A stretch of DNA of 64,000 nucleotides from Gnetum montanum (GCA_015680685.1 MNCI01002465.1:747488-811487); one strand, 5' to 3'. Counted from the stretch's first letter, positions 24,901 to 38,031 are shown. Numbers and translations are program-made. The notes: generated by a model from the sequence alone, not told the origin.

Positions 24901-26271
24901 GCGTAACAAGTGACCAAAGTGCACACTTGGCAATAGTGGCGACTCGATCCTAGGGCGAATTTCCTGATAAATTCGCCTTCATGGAAGGCGTCGTCCAAGA
25001 CATGATCAGTCGCTTAGAGCAAATTAATCATGAAGCTGGTACGTTACAGTCCTTACATAGAAATTATTTTACCATGGCATTACACTACCTAATTATGCCA
25101 AATTGTCATTTTATGCTATTAGGAGCTCGCCTCAAATGGGATCCGTTAGAGCCTATCAATTTAGACACTACTAAACCCCCATCAGAAACGACCATCGTGC
25201 CACACAACATTTATGATGAAATGCATAAATGTAATGTGTGCTTGACTCACTCCTTGTGGGAATTTCAAAGTGTAAATGAGGACCTTTGGAAGAGGTTGCA
25301 AATGTCGGAGAAGGAGAGGGTGGCTCTACGTGATGATGTTGGGGATTTAAGATCACGGAATGAATTCTTGCAAGCCCAAGGAATGGGAAGCGAGGACTGA
25401 AGGACAACTATTGTTGACTATGCCCATTATTGGAGCGTCGTCAGGAACAGTGTCCAAACTAGCTGTGAACTGGTCGAGCAGCATATGCAAATGGACCTCT
25501 TAGCTCAGAAGAACCAGAACTGGAAGAACTTTAGCGCGAGTATCCAAGAGTGGAGGCAGACGTAAAAAGATCATAAACAGGTCTACAAACAAGAAAGCGC
25601 TACCTATCATCAACATTATAAGGACTCTACCATAGAGGCTCAGTCCCTTCGGCTATTCCTTGACATTATTGGTGCTTCCAAAGCATTTGAAAAGTTCCAG
25701 GAACAAGTGACGGTGAGTGCCTCTCCAGAAAGGGAAGTAACTCTTCCTAGATGTGAGATTGCCATCCCTTGTTTCTTCCCTGAACCACCTCGATGGACTC
25801 CTATGGAAAAGGGGAAGGTAAAGGCTAGAACCAATCTAGGGGACGGGGTTTGGTCTGAGCTCACTGAGGACGAAATTATGCAACATCTGTGGATTGGCTT
25901 AGAACAAGTCCCTTTTGCCGCTAATGCCAGACCGTCACAGGTTAGTTGCAATATTATTGCTCTTTTTTTATACTTAGTTTTAACGATGATGTTAATATAT
26001 GTATCGTGTTTGATCGCAGGAGCAACTTGAGGAGAATCCTCAGCAGGGTGAAGCTAACGAGGATCCTCATGAAGAGGGCTTACAGGAAATACAATGTAAT
26101 GAAGCTAGTCATGGCCATGGTGAACAACCCCCCACTGAAGAGCCTAATGAAGAGGTCCGCGCTCACGAAGGGGTTCCCCATGCAAAGGGTGGCCCCTATG
26201 AGGATGACCTCCTTGAAGTAGAAGTTGAATTGGGGGATACAGGAGATAGTGGTAACAAGGGAGATGCGTAG
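21999..26271 (+). pseudogene. Antisense multi-exon accessory gene of the retrotransposon: FCP1/NIF-like HAD domain, mobile-element domain, coiled coil, acidic tail
   Basis: MAPKVKGK start at 21999. GT-AG introns that restore frame at 23015-23101, 23377-23449 and 25941-26019, with a further candidate near 25039-25121. Acidic last exon 26020-26271. Several TAG stops one transition from CAG or TGG. Confidence 0.7.
22569..23230 (+). other. FCP1/NIF-type (HAD superfamily) phosphatase-like domain
   Basis: LLIILDIVGIL, VWFRRGLWDFLQFLLRNYSVIVWS, RHLS*I*E, YNTLFV, QNPPRT and NNVQVAVMEQ follow the order of plant FCP1-homology motifs (LLVLDLNGLL, VFKRP..DDFLKF..FEVGVWS, KDL..LW, SNTLLLDD, NPP.T, NVQ..V). 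Confidence 0.65.
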
Positions 26272-26591
26272 CGTGGCTGAATTAGCCTCAGATTTTATTG
26301 TGTTGTAATGAAATAAGAGACAATATTTTTCTTTAAACGTATTTGATACAAATTTTGATGTTAATTTTGATTATTTTCTTTATTGTTTTCTTTTTATGTA
26401 AAGCACAAGTAGGAGCGTAGGTTTTGATGTTATGGTAAATCATGATTAGTTTTGAGAGTGGCGTTAATACAGTTACTAGTTTGAAGCTATTGTGGACTGC
26501 TAAATTGTTCAAATGTAAAGCGTAAATGAAATTGTTAGTTTACAGCATTTTGGGCTTTTCAGTAGTGTAGGGGTGAGGTGTGATTGAAATA

Positions 26592-27045
26592 GATAGTTTA
26601 AAGCTATTGTGAGCCATAGATAGTTTAAGGCTGCTTCGGGCCATGGATAGTTTAAGGCCATTTCGGGCCCTGGATAAGTTAAGGCCATTTCAGGCCTTAT
26701 GAGTAGCTTAAGGTCATTTCGGGCCTTTGCTATATGAGCGAAGGAATTGAATAAACATTAAGTCACCGATTTTAAGCTAGGACATACTGTGATTAGTTTA
26801 AGGCCATTTCGGGTCATGGATAGTTTAAGGTACAAAGCGTAAATTAGATTCAGGTATAAAGCATAAATGAAATTTGTGTTCCAATTGTAAATGAGATTCA
26901 GATATGAAGCATAAGTGAAATTTTCTTTCCAAGCTTAAATGAGATTCAGATATGAAGCATAAGTGAAATTTGCATTCCAAGCATAAATGAGATTCAGATA
27001 TAAAGCATAAATGAAAATGCTAGTTTAAGGCCATTTCAGGCCGCT
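26592..27045. repeat. Two interleaved tandem arrays: TAGTTTAAGGCCATTTCGGGCC units and AAATGAGATTCAGATATGAAGCATAA units of about 48 bp
   Basis: Direct inspection of 26592-26830, 26835-27020 and 27021-27045. Confidence 0.85.
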
Positions 27046-27216
27046 TGAGTGACAGGAGTAAGGAAGATAACTGGTGGAAACATAAACATAAACATGAAGA
27101 TAAACATAGGCATAATGAGACTAGCTAGTGGAAAGCATAAATACAAGTGTAATTTATAACTAGTAAACGTGAGTAGAATAGTGATGAAACTATAACAGTC
27201 GAACAACATCGTTTAC

Positions 27217-30200
27217 CGGCTAACTTTGCAGCCATTTCTTAATTGCTTTGATCTTTAATGGTGTATAAGGATGAGGAGATTTATGGTCCTTTTCCTTTGC
27301 ATCACCATCTTCTCCTTGGAAAGGTAGCTTAGCCCAAATTAGGCTGTCATCAGCCATTTTTTTGCCTTGCTCGGGTACTTGGACAAGGGATTGATTCTCA
27401 GGCATTTCGATTTCCAACCCTTGTTCTATCTCTATGTTATTAATAGCCTGAGGGGTTATTTCATCACCGTGGATAACCACTTCTCCTCCTACGTAAGGCA
27501 AATGGATTTCCTGATGGATGGGCAATGAAACTACCCTCAGTTGGGCTAACCAAGACCTCCCAAGGATCAAATTGAATCCAGGCATCTCCTCGACGACGAT
27601 AAAGGTAGCGTCTGTGGGGAACTAGCCCCCTGCCATAAAGTTGATATGGACCGTCCCTTTGACCTACACTCATGCCCTGTTGAACAACTTTAGGCATGAC
27701 ATTGTTGTAGGACTGATCTGATCGATCAGGCCCAATTTATCCACTATGGGATAAGGGATGACGTTAATGGCCACCCCATCATCTACATGTACCCTCCGTA
27801 TTTGGTGCTGGCCGACCTAGATGGTGTTGAACATAGGCACTATTATCACCTGACCTTCAAGATTGTCCTTAATGGATTCATTGTGAAAGGTCAATGAGGT
27901 AGGATCAGTTTTTTTAGCGGTGGGGGGAAGCATAATAGAATGGATTGCTTCTTCGTCCACCGGTAGGCTTTTGTCCATAAGTATGGACATTAACATCTGA
28001 ACCATAGCCTCACAATGTGTCTGCGACGTCATGAGAAAGTCATAAAGGCTCAATGTTATATTTTTCTGTTTCAGAGCCTGTTTGACTTATGCCAGGGCAT
28101 CGAAGAGATCCTACCCACGATCAGGCTATTTGTCGCCTTTTTCCTCCTCCATTTGCCCTAAGAGGCGAATCTCATGGGGGGGGGAGTGACATTTGGCTGA
28201 GGGTTGCATTTCCTTTGGCCAGGAGGAGATAGTTGCATTCGTGTGACCTTGTCATTTTTAGTAAGTGGGGCCAATGGTACAAAAGCAAGGGGTTGAGGTT
28301 TGGGAAACCCCAGAGTAAGAGGGTTGTTGGCCGTATCAATAGTACGAGAGGTTGATTTAGAAGATTGGCCCTACACAGGAAGGATAGTTGATGATTTTGG
28401 CACCCTGATAACTAAGGGTGCCCTGGATGTGGGCGCGGGTTGGGCCACAGCTTTAATGACAGGGGGTGTCGGGAAGCATTCTAAGACAGAGTTCGAAGGA
28501 CGAAAGGCTACCTTGGAGCATCACTCGTCGGCGCTGACAGACCTGTTGTTTAGGGTGAGTGAGGATGCGTTCACAACACAAAAGGCCATTTTGGCTGTGC
28601 CTAATTATCGCCTCCTACCCCTACCACGTTGATTATGTACCCTGCGTTATTTGCATTCAACGGGTCTTGGTACACATGCATGGCCTAGTTTTTCGAACAT
28701 GTCGGACTACTGCTATCTAAAATCAAGTCACCTTGATCTATTAGACACTGAATGTCATCCTTCAATACCTAGCAGTAGTCCGTGTCATGGCCACACAATT
28801 GGTGGTAGTCACAGAACCGGTCTAACTTAAAGTTTTTGGCCACTAGCGGTTCGTTAGTTGGGCCAAGGAGGGATTCTTGAGTAATTCACAATGGCACCTG
28901 TGACGTTTCAAAGCCTCCTTGGACATCGCCTTATGTTGGATGTGATCGGTTCCCAATAATTGCTTTAGAAGTTCTGAAGGCTTCACAGGTAGAGTTACGT
29001 AATTTGAGCGATCTTTATGCTCAAATTTTGGCCTCGGTTGTGGAGGTGCTTCGAGGGTGGGAGGAGCTTCTTGATTGGCGTCATTTGAGTTACTTGTTGG
29101 CTCGGCTAGCTCCGTAGTTGTTTTCTTATTGTTGTTGTTTTTCTTCTTAGCCCCTTCAGCAACTGCCACCACTGTCGTCGTTGTGGCTTTGCCTTTGTCC
29201 TTACCCTTGCTATGGGCATTTTTGTAGGCCACATACGCCAGATCTTTACTAGCCTCTGCCGCATCTTGGATACTCTTAGTCTAAGAAAAGGCTTGGTTGA
29301 GAGAACAGGGGGTGAGATAATACAGTTTAGACTTGATAAAGTTGTTGACCGCTCCCTTGAATATTGTCAATAGGTGGGCCTCTACGACGGGTTTGCAGAT
29401 CTCATTCAAGGTAGCACTCCAACATTGTATAAACTTTTGGACCAACTCGAGCAGGACTTGTTTAACTCCCATGAGTTGGTTCAGTGTGACTTCTGGCTTT
29501 AGGTTGTATTTGAAGCATGTCACAAACTGGGTTAACAACTCTTCCAAAGTTGAAATGGAAGCGCATAAAAGTGCTCCGTAGCAATCCAATGCTTTACCCG
29601 TTAAGGACATAGCAAAGACACGGATTATAATATGCAGCCATTGTTGCAGCAATAAAGACTTTGACCTAAAAGTGACTAGGTGAGCGTTGGGATCACCTTC
29701 CCCATTGTACTTTGTGAAATGGGGAAGGGACATCCCAGGTGGCAACTACAGGACTAGGACTGCTGGACTAATATGACCATCATGGTAAAAATCCATGACT
29801 TGCACTATGTCAAAACCAGCTGCCTTGAGACGCTTGACCTCCTCTGTAAGGGTTTGAATGAGCTGGAAGGCTTGATCCAAACCCGTAGACGATGAGGTCA
29901 TCTGTGGAATGGCAGTTGGAGCTACACCAAGTAGCACAACAGAGGTGGCGGCTTGGCCAATAGTTGGTGCTATCGGCATGGTCCTTGTAGGTGGTGCCGC
30001 TTGTGGCATCCATCGTGTGGTTGCTAGTGCGGATGGGGCAACCATTATCGGCTATGCCATTGGATATGCTTGTGTAGCCGAGGGCATGAGTAGTGATCTT
30101 GTAGCTCAGTTTAGCATTTGTGGGATTTGACCTTGATGGTGGGGATGGTGGTGCATTTGCGTAGGATGGGCAACAAGAGACATGTTGGGAGCCCACCATG

Positions 30201-30954
30201 CTATGGTGGTAGGCTCTGTCATATGAGTCAGGAGCAAAGTCGGTGTTGTAGGTAATTGAGACGTAGGTATAGTGTGTACATGCGGTGACATAGGCGTAGG
30301 CATACGATGGGGTGGATTAGGTAATTGCACCTACTGGGGAATGATCTGTGAGGGACCTTCGCCCGAAAGTATAGTCAAAGAGAGAAAATGTAAATGTGAC
30401 GAATGCGGGACTCGATTGATATTGGATAATGTCAAAGGCATGGTAACCATGAACAATGGATTTATGTGGGACGTCATGGAGGGAGGGGCCATGGTGAAAT
30501 TAGCATGACTACCTTCTTCAGAGTGAGGTTCTAGATCGTCTTGTCCATCGTGAAGCGTTGCATCATGGAACAAGACCTCTAGTTATTCTGGCGATGTCTT
30601 TGCCATCAACATTTGATCTAGAATCCACTTTTGTTGATCTGTCAGGGGCACAGTGGCATTCAGTGAAGGAATAAATTCCTTCCCGTTGCAGTACATGAAC
30701 TCATACTCTCGTTTTTCCTCGAGTTCTTGTAGATACATGGGCAAGTTTCTTGCTAGCTTAGTGCAGAGGAAATTGTAGTGTTCCTTGTGCCAAGCATGTC
30801 CCTCAGGGTCTTTGTTTTGAAGCCTGAGGGAGCGGCAGGGTCGTATCGGACTAGTTGGTGGCTCGACCACCGGAAGTGTGACTTGCATGATCCAGGGATT
30901 CTCAAGGTTGGTAGTGTCAACAGCTATGGTTAATGTAACCATTTTTTTGTGCAA
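27217..30954 (-). pseudogene. gag and protease of the Ogre-like element, with stops and frameshifts
   Basis: Gag core FTKYNGEGDPNAHL...SLTGKALD, Tat-type knuckle CDYHQLCGHDTDYC (about 28770-28815), MSLYDFLMTSQTH, protease RRVHVDDGVAINVIP and FNLILGRSWL. Confidence 0.9.
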
Positions 30955-31175
30955 TTTAGAGATAATGATGATAAAAGTAGAGATCGGAAGGACAAAGGCA
31001 AACTAAGATAATAATCAGGGCTTTCTATCTTGTAGGATTCCAAAGGAATCATCGAAGCGACCGATCTACCCCACACAATTTCGTAAACAGCCTTGGAGGT
31101 ATTACGTTTACTTTGATTGACAATGGATACAGATAGCTTACAAGACTACCCGTAAAATTCAGATTGGATATGAAG

Positions 31176-31193
31176 GCCCTCCTTCTAGTGCCA
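31176..31193 (-). promoter_or_regulatory. Primer binding site
   Basis: Minus strand TGGCACTAGAAGGAGGGC a few nucleotides inside the 5' LTR. It resembles the TGGCGCTAGAAGGAGGG PBS of Tat-clade elements. Confidence 0.8.
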
Positions 31194-31199
31194 GAAAAC

Positions 31200-32558
31200 T
31201 GTAATGACGAAAAATGTCAGTCTCTAGAAATACCGAACGAAAGTCCACGTACATAGTTTTAACCCCGAATCCGTGAGAGGATCGTGCTGGAGAGAAAACG
31301 AATCCGAGGTGCCCTGAACGGTCTTGTTAATCAAATAGGAACTTACTTGATCAATAAAAATTTTGTGATATTTGGATGATAAAATGATGGATCTTTACGG
31401 GAAGATATGATATCGTTAACTTAGCAGGTAATTAAAAATGATGAAATAGAGTTACGACGATTTGCAGGATTTACGACATATAGATGAGGCACAAGGGATC
31501 AGATTTAGAATGCGGGCAATCTCGAGATCTGGGATTCACCTCACAAACAAATTATATTGAATATAACTATTACAAGAAAACTTTGATCTGGGCAAAGTGT
31601 CTGCCAATAACAAGAAAAACTGTTCAAAGATGAAGCAAGAAAAGGTCGATCTACCTCATTCTAGCGGTGTACAAGGGAGTTGGTCCGAAGCAGAATGTTT
31701 GTCAACCTACTATTCCTGACTAGAGATTTTTGCCAATTGCCTTCTATATTCTTGCGATTACTGATCCTTCTTGTTTTCTTGTCAAAAGTTGTCAATGATT
31801 ATCAACGGCAGGGCAAAAGAAATCGCTCACGGAGAAAATTCGTTCAATCTTTGGAGAAATTTCCTTTCTTCTTTTCTTTATCAGCTAGAGCATTTATAAG
31901 ATTAAAGTCAAGAGAAATAAGTGGTTTAGAGGATGCATGTCCTGAATTTGCAAAATGTCATTGACTTGATGTGGTGTTTGTTGAGGTCTACGGTGCCACA
32001 CTGCCTTACGCTCTAAAGTGTAACATAGTGTAAACCGCTTTTGTTGAAGTTTTGAAGACAGGTGATTTCTTGATTACACTATAGTACACTGGAGAGCGTA
32101 TTGCACCGCATGGACTACTGATGCTTGTATTACACTGCACCCTGCTAAATTACGTTGCACCACACCAAATTACGCTTCATAGCGTAATCTAGCATAAAAT
32201 AGTACACTTATAGAAAATTGAAGTGTTGCTGAAGTTTTTAGGCATTTTCCATCCTCAATGTTGTGGCGGATTGTTTTTTGACATTACCCTGCAATACGTC
32301 ATGTTGCGTAATACAGTGTAAGATGCCAAAAAACTAAGGTTCTTGAAACATAGAGATTTTGAATGGTTGAAAACTTGCCGTTGTGCACTCATCATTTTGC
32401 TGTATTTTGGAATTCATTTGTGTTTTGCCATGCACTGTGATAGGACAGGCTTTTAATCTAAAAAGGAACTTGTTGTGCCGCGCTTTGTTATGACCCTTTT
32501 CCTGAATCACCCGTGTTTTGTTGAACTTTCGAGGCCTCGAAATTTTCACAGTGTTTCA
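31200..32558 (-). repeat. 5' LTR of the Ogre-like element
   Basis: TGTAATGACG...GTGTTTCA, matching 15130-16488. Confidence 0.95.
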
Positions 32559-35170
32559 ACCAGGACACAGCACTTTGGGAGACACGTTACTTAGGAAGGG
32601 TACACGACCTTACCATATTTGGAGCGGGATAGCGGCTTTGTTGATAAGAGCCCAACGGTGGATGAAGGAAGGCCACTAACATTAGCAACCAAATGCACTA
32701 TTACTGGATTTGTTATAGAGCTCAGCCTAAGGGTGTGCTTGCAGTACGTGAAAAGCAACCATATATTCTCTTATATTATATCAAGAAGAAATTATATTCT
32801 CTTATATTATATGAAATTATATTATATATGAACCACGTTGCAGTACGTGTGAGAGCAGAGTAGAGCAACAATTTTTAATCAACGTAATGTAGTTGGATAC
32901 GTGATTTCGTGTGCAATTCGATACGGTATTTTGTGTAATGTAGTTGGCAGACTGCGGGACAGGATTGAAGGTAGATGGAAATTGTTGAAAAAAGCCACGA
33001 CTAGAGAATATAGCATTTCTAAGAAGCGCTACTTCATGGTATGCTAACGTAGATAGATAACAATAGTTAGCGTTTCCAAGAAATGCGACTTATCTAATAG
33101 ATAGCGGTTAAACAATCGCTTTAGGTATACTTTCCAAGAAACACACAACACGACAGGGTGGAGATCAGATCCACCCGATACCGTACTGAGTTTCATCGCA
33201 TAGTTGGAGATCATGTTTGGGAGCAAGGAAAGAATGAAGATACCCATGGGTCACGAACCTCACCCCACATGGGGGTAAGTGGTAAAGGGCATTAGTGGTT
33301 CAAGTGTCTTACGACAGACAATCTCGATGAACATCGGTCATACCTTCATTGCTTCTTCTCCAGGAACCAATTTCATGGTTAGGACGCTAGCTTTTACCTA
33401 CCTGCACGCTGCTTACACTTTCACTCATGGTTAGGACGTTGGCTTTTACCTACCTGCACGCTGCTTACTTCACAAGGGGAGAGCATAATCTAGCAGCATA
33501 GCATATATACACGATGTACTACGCATAGTACATCATATACAAGTCGAGGTTTATTGACTCATAGGCCCACAGACCAAGAAACTTACTAAGAATCACATGC
33601 TTCTTAGATTCCTTCATGAAGCTGAATTAGTGTCACCCCGAGTTCCCCCACGTTCGTCCATTTCGAGCAGCATTGATCGTAGATGAGCCTTGCATTGAGC
33701 TTCCCAGTTACTGAAAAGTTGATTGTAGTTTACATCCTACTCGATACTACCTGTACGAGTGCTGAGGACTACTCAAAAAAATAGATGGTTGTTTCCACCT
33801 TCGTGCCCTTCTCTTCCACTACTTGAATTGAAAGATGATCAGTCTCGCTAGTTAAGTCTACAAACCTCGACTCTTGGAGAGAGAGCCCAGATTTGGATGA
33901 TGGTGTTGTTGGCATATCGAAGGTCACAGGCGTTACTACAGGTGATGTCTAGGGGCGTTAGATAGAGGAAAATCAACATCGAGAGCTCTGGGGGATTCCG
34001 AGACCTCCTGTGTTAGTGTAGTCATTTCCCAGTGTAGTCATCGTTTCCCTTCACGGATAAAGTGTAGCATGTATCTCTCGATTAGTTTGATGAGAAAAAT
34101 ACCGGGCTCTGGCAACCAAAAGTTGGTTTATCACTATAGATAATATGTTTCATAGTGTCAAAGCACTTCTTTCTCATGTCCATAACGACAACAGGTTGCT
34201 CGCTCCTTTCCAGTCACAGAGGCATACAACGTAAGGCATTCGTGGCGGGGAATAAATCCATGACTACTGGGTTCCATGAACAGAGCCAGAGCCTCCACTA
34301 ATGTGTAGGTGCAGCACTCTCCTACACACCTGGTCGAGCCGCTGAGGAGGAGGAATAGTTATTGGATGTAGGCCGACTTTGCTTGGTGCCAAAGGCACCT
34401 ATAAATAGCTGAAACATTCGGCCAAGTAGGAACCAGACGCTAGTCGAATAGTTCGATAACCTCTCCATGGGTTAGGTGCCGATGTTTATTGTATTGCTTT
34501 ATTATAAAAATAAAGTCCTGTATTGAAGGAACTTAAATAATCCAAGCTTACTCCATTTATGAAAAACTATTGCATTCTTTGTTTGCATATTGATATTTGT
34601 TGTTTCCACATTCTATAGAATAGAACAAGCCAAGCCAAGTAATATCTAGTATTGCGCTAAGACACTTACCATACTTTTTTTGAATATTTTGGCTTCGTGG
34701 GGGAAGGGAGGAAAGATTAGCTTGTTTCTGCTGCCTGCTAGGGGAAAGCACACACACGAATGATGTACGTACGTTATTTTGGTTGTGCTATTTTGGTCGT
34801 CGTTTTACTTTTGCTATTCTATACTTTCTTGATAAATACGGGTCCTCTGTCCGTCTATTATGTCCTAGGATGGGCCACCCTTCTAGTCTTATTTACCACC
34901 TGGGGGCCCCTACGGGATATCCAATCTAACAAGCCTTTCTACTTAGTCTAGAAGGTTTACCTCTGAGTTTCCGTAGGGGAGCTTTTGTCGAGGAGCGGTA
35001 ATATGGCTCCGCCTTAGGATGGAAAAAAGGTTTTGGGCTTGAAAACAAAGCTTAGCTTTGGAGGAGAAGTACTCCTCCCCATTATAGTATACTATATGGA
35101 GCAGCAGCCAGTAGCGTCTTACAGTTCCACTTGTACTACAAGAGTTTTCTTACGAAAGTGATTGTTTAGG

Positions 35171-35203
35171 GCTTTAGCAGGGAACGAGTCCTTGAGTTAC
35201 CCC
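35171..35203 (-). repeat. 33-bp hairpin repeat, reverse orientation
   Basis: AGG|GCTTTAGCAGGGAACGAGTCCTTGAGTTACCCC. Confidence 0.85.
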
Positions 35204-37654
35204 GAAGTACCTTTCTAGACTTTTACCAAATATTCCTATTTACACTAGTGTAGTGTTGAGGGATTATATAGTGTAGTGTTGAGGGTAATATTCACTATTG
35301 AAAGTGTTTAGGGTTGTGTTCCCTTTCGGCCTTCTCCTTAGTCACTATTTACTATATTTACCTATATTACTCTTGCTATTTACTCTATTTAACTAAAACA
35401 TGGGACTAGAGGTTTCCTAGGAAAGCTGCACCCGAAGTGTTACATCAAACCTGGGATTGCTACCCTGCCTTGTGCTGGGGAATGGGCCTGGCATTTTGGC
35501 CTGGGCCACAGAAGGTTCGATAAGGGAATAGTTATGCCTTCCTTCTGTCGTCTCCACGAAATGAGGATGAAGCGCTTGATCGATATGGACCTCCTTTCGT
35601 AGACCACCTGCTGTGGCCCACCACGCTTCACCCCAAAGGTAAAAGCCATTTCTCATTGAAGACATTTCTTTCTTAATATTTCATTGCTCATTGAAGAAAT
35701 TTCTTTCTTACTATTTTCTCGATTTAATATAGTCATCGTTGCACTAGGACACTACGGTTACTAATATTTGGGGAAGCGGAAGATCAAGGCTATATTGTAT
35801 TTGGACTATCAATTTGGCGGGGCTAAGGCCATTTATTAGTTTACTACTACTTTGGTAAGAGAAGGGAATGCTAATCTTTGTCTCTTTTTTACAAGTCCTA
35901 AGGTTTGTTACAGGGCCACCGACCCACCAATTTGGTTCTTTTTAGATGGGGTTACCTCAGGGCTTCCCACTTGGATTATTACCTCACCTGTAGGGTGGGG
36001 CACTAAGAAGGGAGGAGCATAGTTGCCAAGGGAGGGGTCGCTTGAATGCGGTGTCATCCGAGTCGAGGAAAAACGTATTAAATAGTAGCTTTTAATAAAA
36101 CCTACAAATGTCAAAATGTTATTACATATCAAATAGCCTATTTCTGTTAGCCCTTCGTTGGATGCATAACTCCTGGTCTCCACTCTGGCAAGGCTAAAGC
36201 TTCCTTCAGTAATAAGGCGAATGTGACTTCTAGTATTAGCGAGGACAACCCACTTTCGTTGGCCCCCACTGGACATCAACTATTGGAGATAGTAAATCTG
36301 CCAATAAGTAGATGTCTACTTATTAAGCAAGTGGTTCCCCGCCAAGCTCCAAATGAATCCTCTAAGCTAATAGGAGTGCTGGCCTTTATGTATTCTGGGA
36401 AAGCAGTATGCAATTATTGTAACTAGTAATCGGCTTTGAACCAGGACATTGTTTAACCAGTGTTCCCCAAAGAGAGACTAACATCCCGCGGTGTGCCCCT
36501 GTACTATCGTGCCTAGTCTGCTTATCACAGAGGGTGAGATCTCCTGGCTAAATGGTATTGGAATGCATTCCTGCTGTCATCCCTACGTTTCCCTAAGCGA
36601 TGGTCCAATTCTTGGTGGCCTTTCAAGGTCCCCAACCTTGTGTACAAGATCTTCGCCTAGGTGTGACCCTGGAGCCTAACCTTAGGCCTGCTAGTCCTTT
36701 TTCTAAAAACCAGAGCAGTCCTACCCATTTGGATCTCTGAGGGTAAAGTGTAAGTATGAAAAGTTGGTGGGGAGAAGCCCATCATCCCCGTCATGTACCA
36801 ATACAAGGTTTCGTCATGGATGCGATTCTCTGTTCCCCCCTACTAAAAGCTAACTCCGATGGGTTTGTACCATTCCTGCCCCACAGGCTATAACACTACC
36901 AAAGAAAATGGCTCCCATTCTAATTGAGGTGAAAGTGAGTGCCTCCTTACTGGCTCTGTGCAACAGAATCTAAAGGTTGTACATCTCTGAAAAACCCAAG
37001 AGAGTGCTGACAAAATATCATTCTTGAGGCTACTATGGAAGTATAAGTCGGTTGCGAGTGTTAATATAACTAAGGTCTAAAGGTGATGAAAGAATTTATT
37101 CTAGATGTTGCCGCCTCCATGGTAGCATTCATATTGAATGTCGTCCCTCATAAGTAAGTGCAAGTGAACATGTAACTTAAATGTGTTACTCTTGGGCTTA
37201 TAGTAAACGCTTTTATAAAAGCAATTGATTGAGGTAATAGTCCAATGTGGTAGCTCTTCCTATAGCTGCTCCCCTGTGTTAGGCCTTGATAATTCCCTGG
37301 CAAGTAAGATAGCCTAAATATTCCTTGTTGTAGTATGTTATGTATGAATTTTTGTTGAGATGTGTTGCTAATGTTGCTTCGTAAGTGTCTTAGCGCAAGG
37401 TATAACCAAAATAACCCCAAAAGAAACCATGAAATTGAACTATGAAACTAGGGTTCCTAAATGGTCAAAGTTCGGTTTTCACACTTTTCAAATACACACT
37501 AATAAAACAATATAGGAAACATCGACACCTAACCCATGAGGAGATCATAGGATTGCACTGCCAACTAATGTTTGGTTCCTACGCCTTTGGCCATATATAT
37601 CAAGTGTTCATCCTGAAGTCCCTAGGCAAAGTCGGCATGCGTCCAATAACAATC

Positions 37655-37693
37655 AGGGTAACTCAGGGAAAAGTGCCCACTCCTATTATTCGC
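37655..37693 (+). mobile_element. 39-bp hairpin-family insertion in the RT motif RPITI^P
   Basis: ATC|AGGGTAACTCAGGGAAAAGTGCCCACTCCTATTATTCGC|CCT. The empty site ATC CCG is in the paralog at 59848-59853. Confidence 0.8.
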
Positions 37694-38031
37694 CCTCACT
37701 GTCTGGATAGAGCGTTACTGCGAGCACTTCACCTAACGTTAACTGAAGGTCTTGGGGGCTTTATGGAGCCCTACAGTCATGGATTTCTGCCAAACCATGG
37801 CTATCTGTCATTGTATTCGGATCTCTGCAACTAGGAAAGGGTTAGCAACCTTAAGTTTATGGACGTTACCGAATGTTTCAATACTATGAAACATGATATA
37901 GTTATAAGCCAACTTTCTACTGTGGGTGCTCCCCCCGCCTCGTGATAATCCAACTAATATCTAGTTACATGTAGAGTGAGATTCAAGACAAAGAGGGTAA
38001 AGACTACACCAACCGAGGGGGTATTGGTATC

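Larger units (their letters stand above)
21418..27216 (-). other. Predicted 5799-nt intron between protease and RT
   Basis: Donor CCG|GTAAAC at 27216 and acceptor GATTTTGCAG|GGC at 21418, both phase 0. Splicing joins KWLQS*P to GHLQMD; the TAG is one transition from CAG. Confidence 0.6.
15130..32558 (-). mobile_element. Full-length Ty3/gypsy LTR retrotransposon, Tat clade, Ogre-like (17.4 kb)
   Basis: Two 1.36-kb LTRs with TG...CA ends, TSD ACCAA (15125-15129) / ACCAG (32559-32563), PBS and PPT on the minus strand, and domain order gag-PR-(intron)-RT-RH-aRH-INT. Confidence 0.95.
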
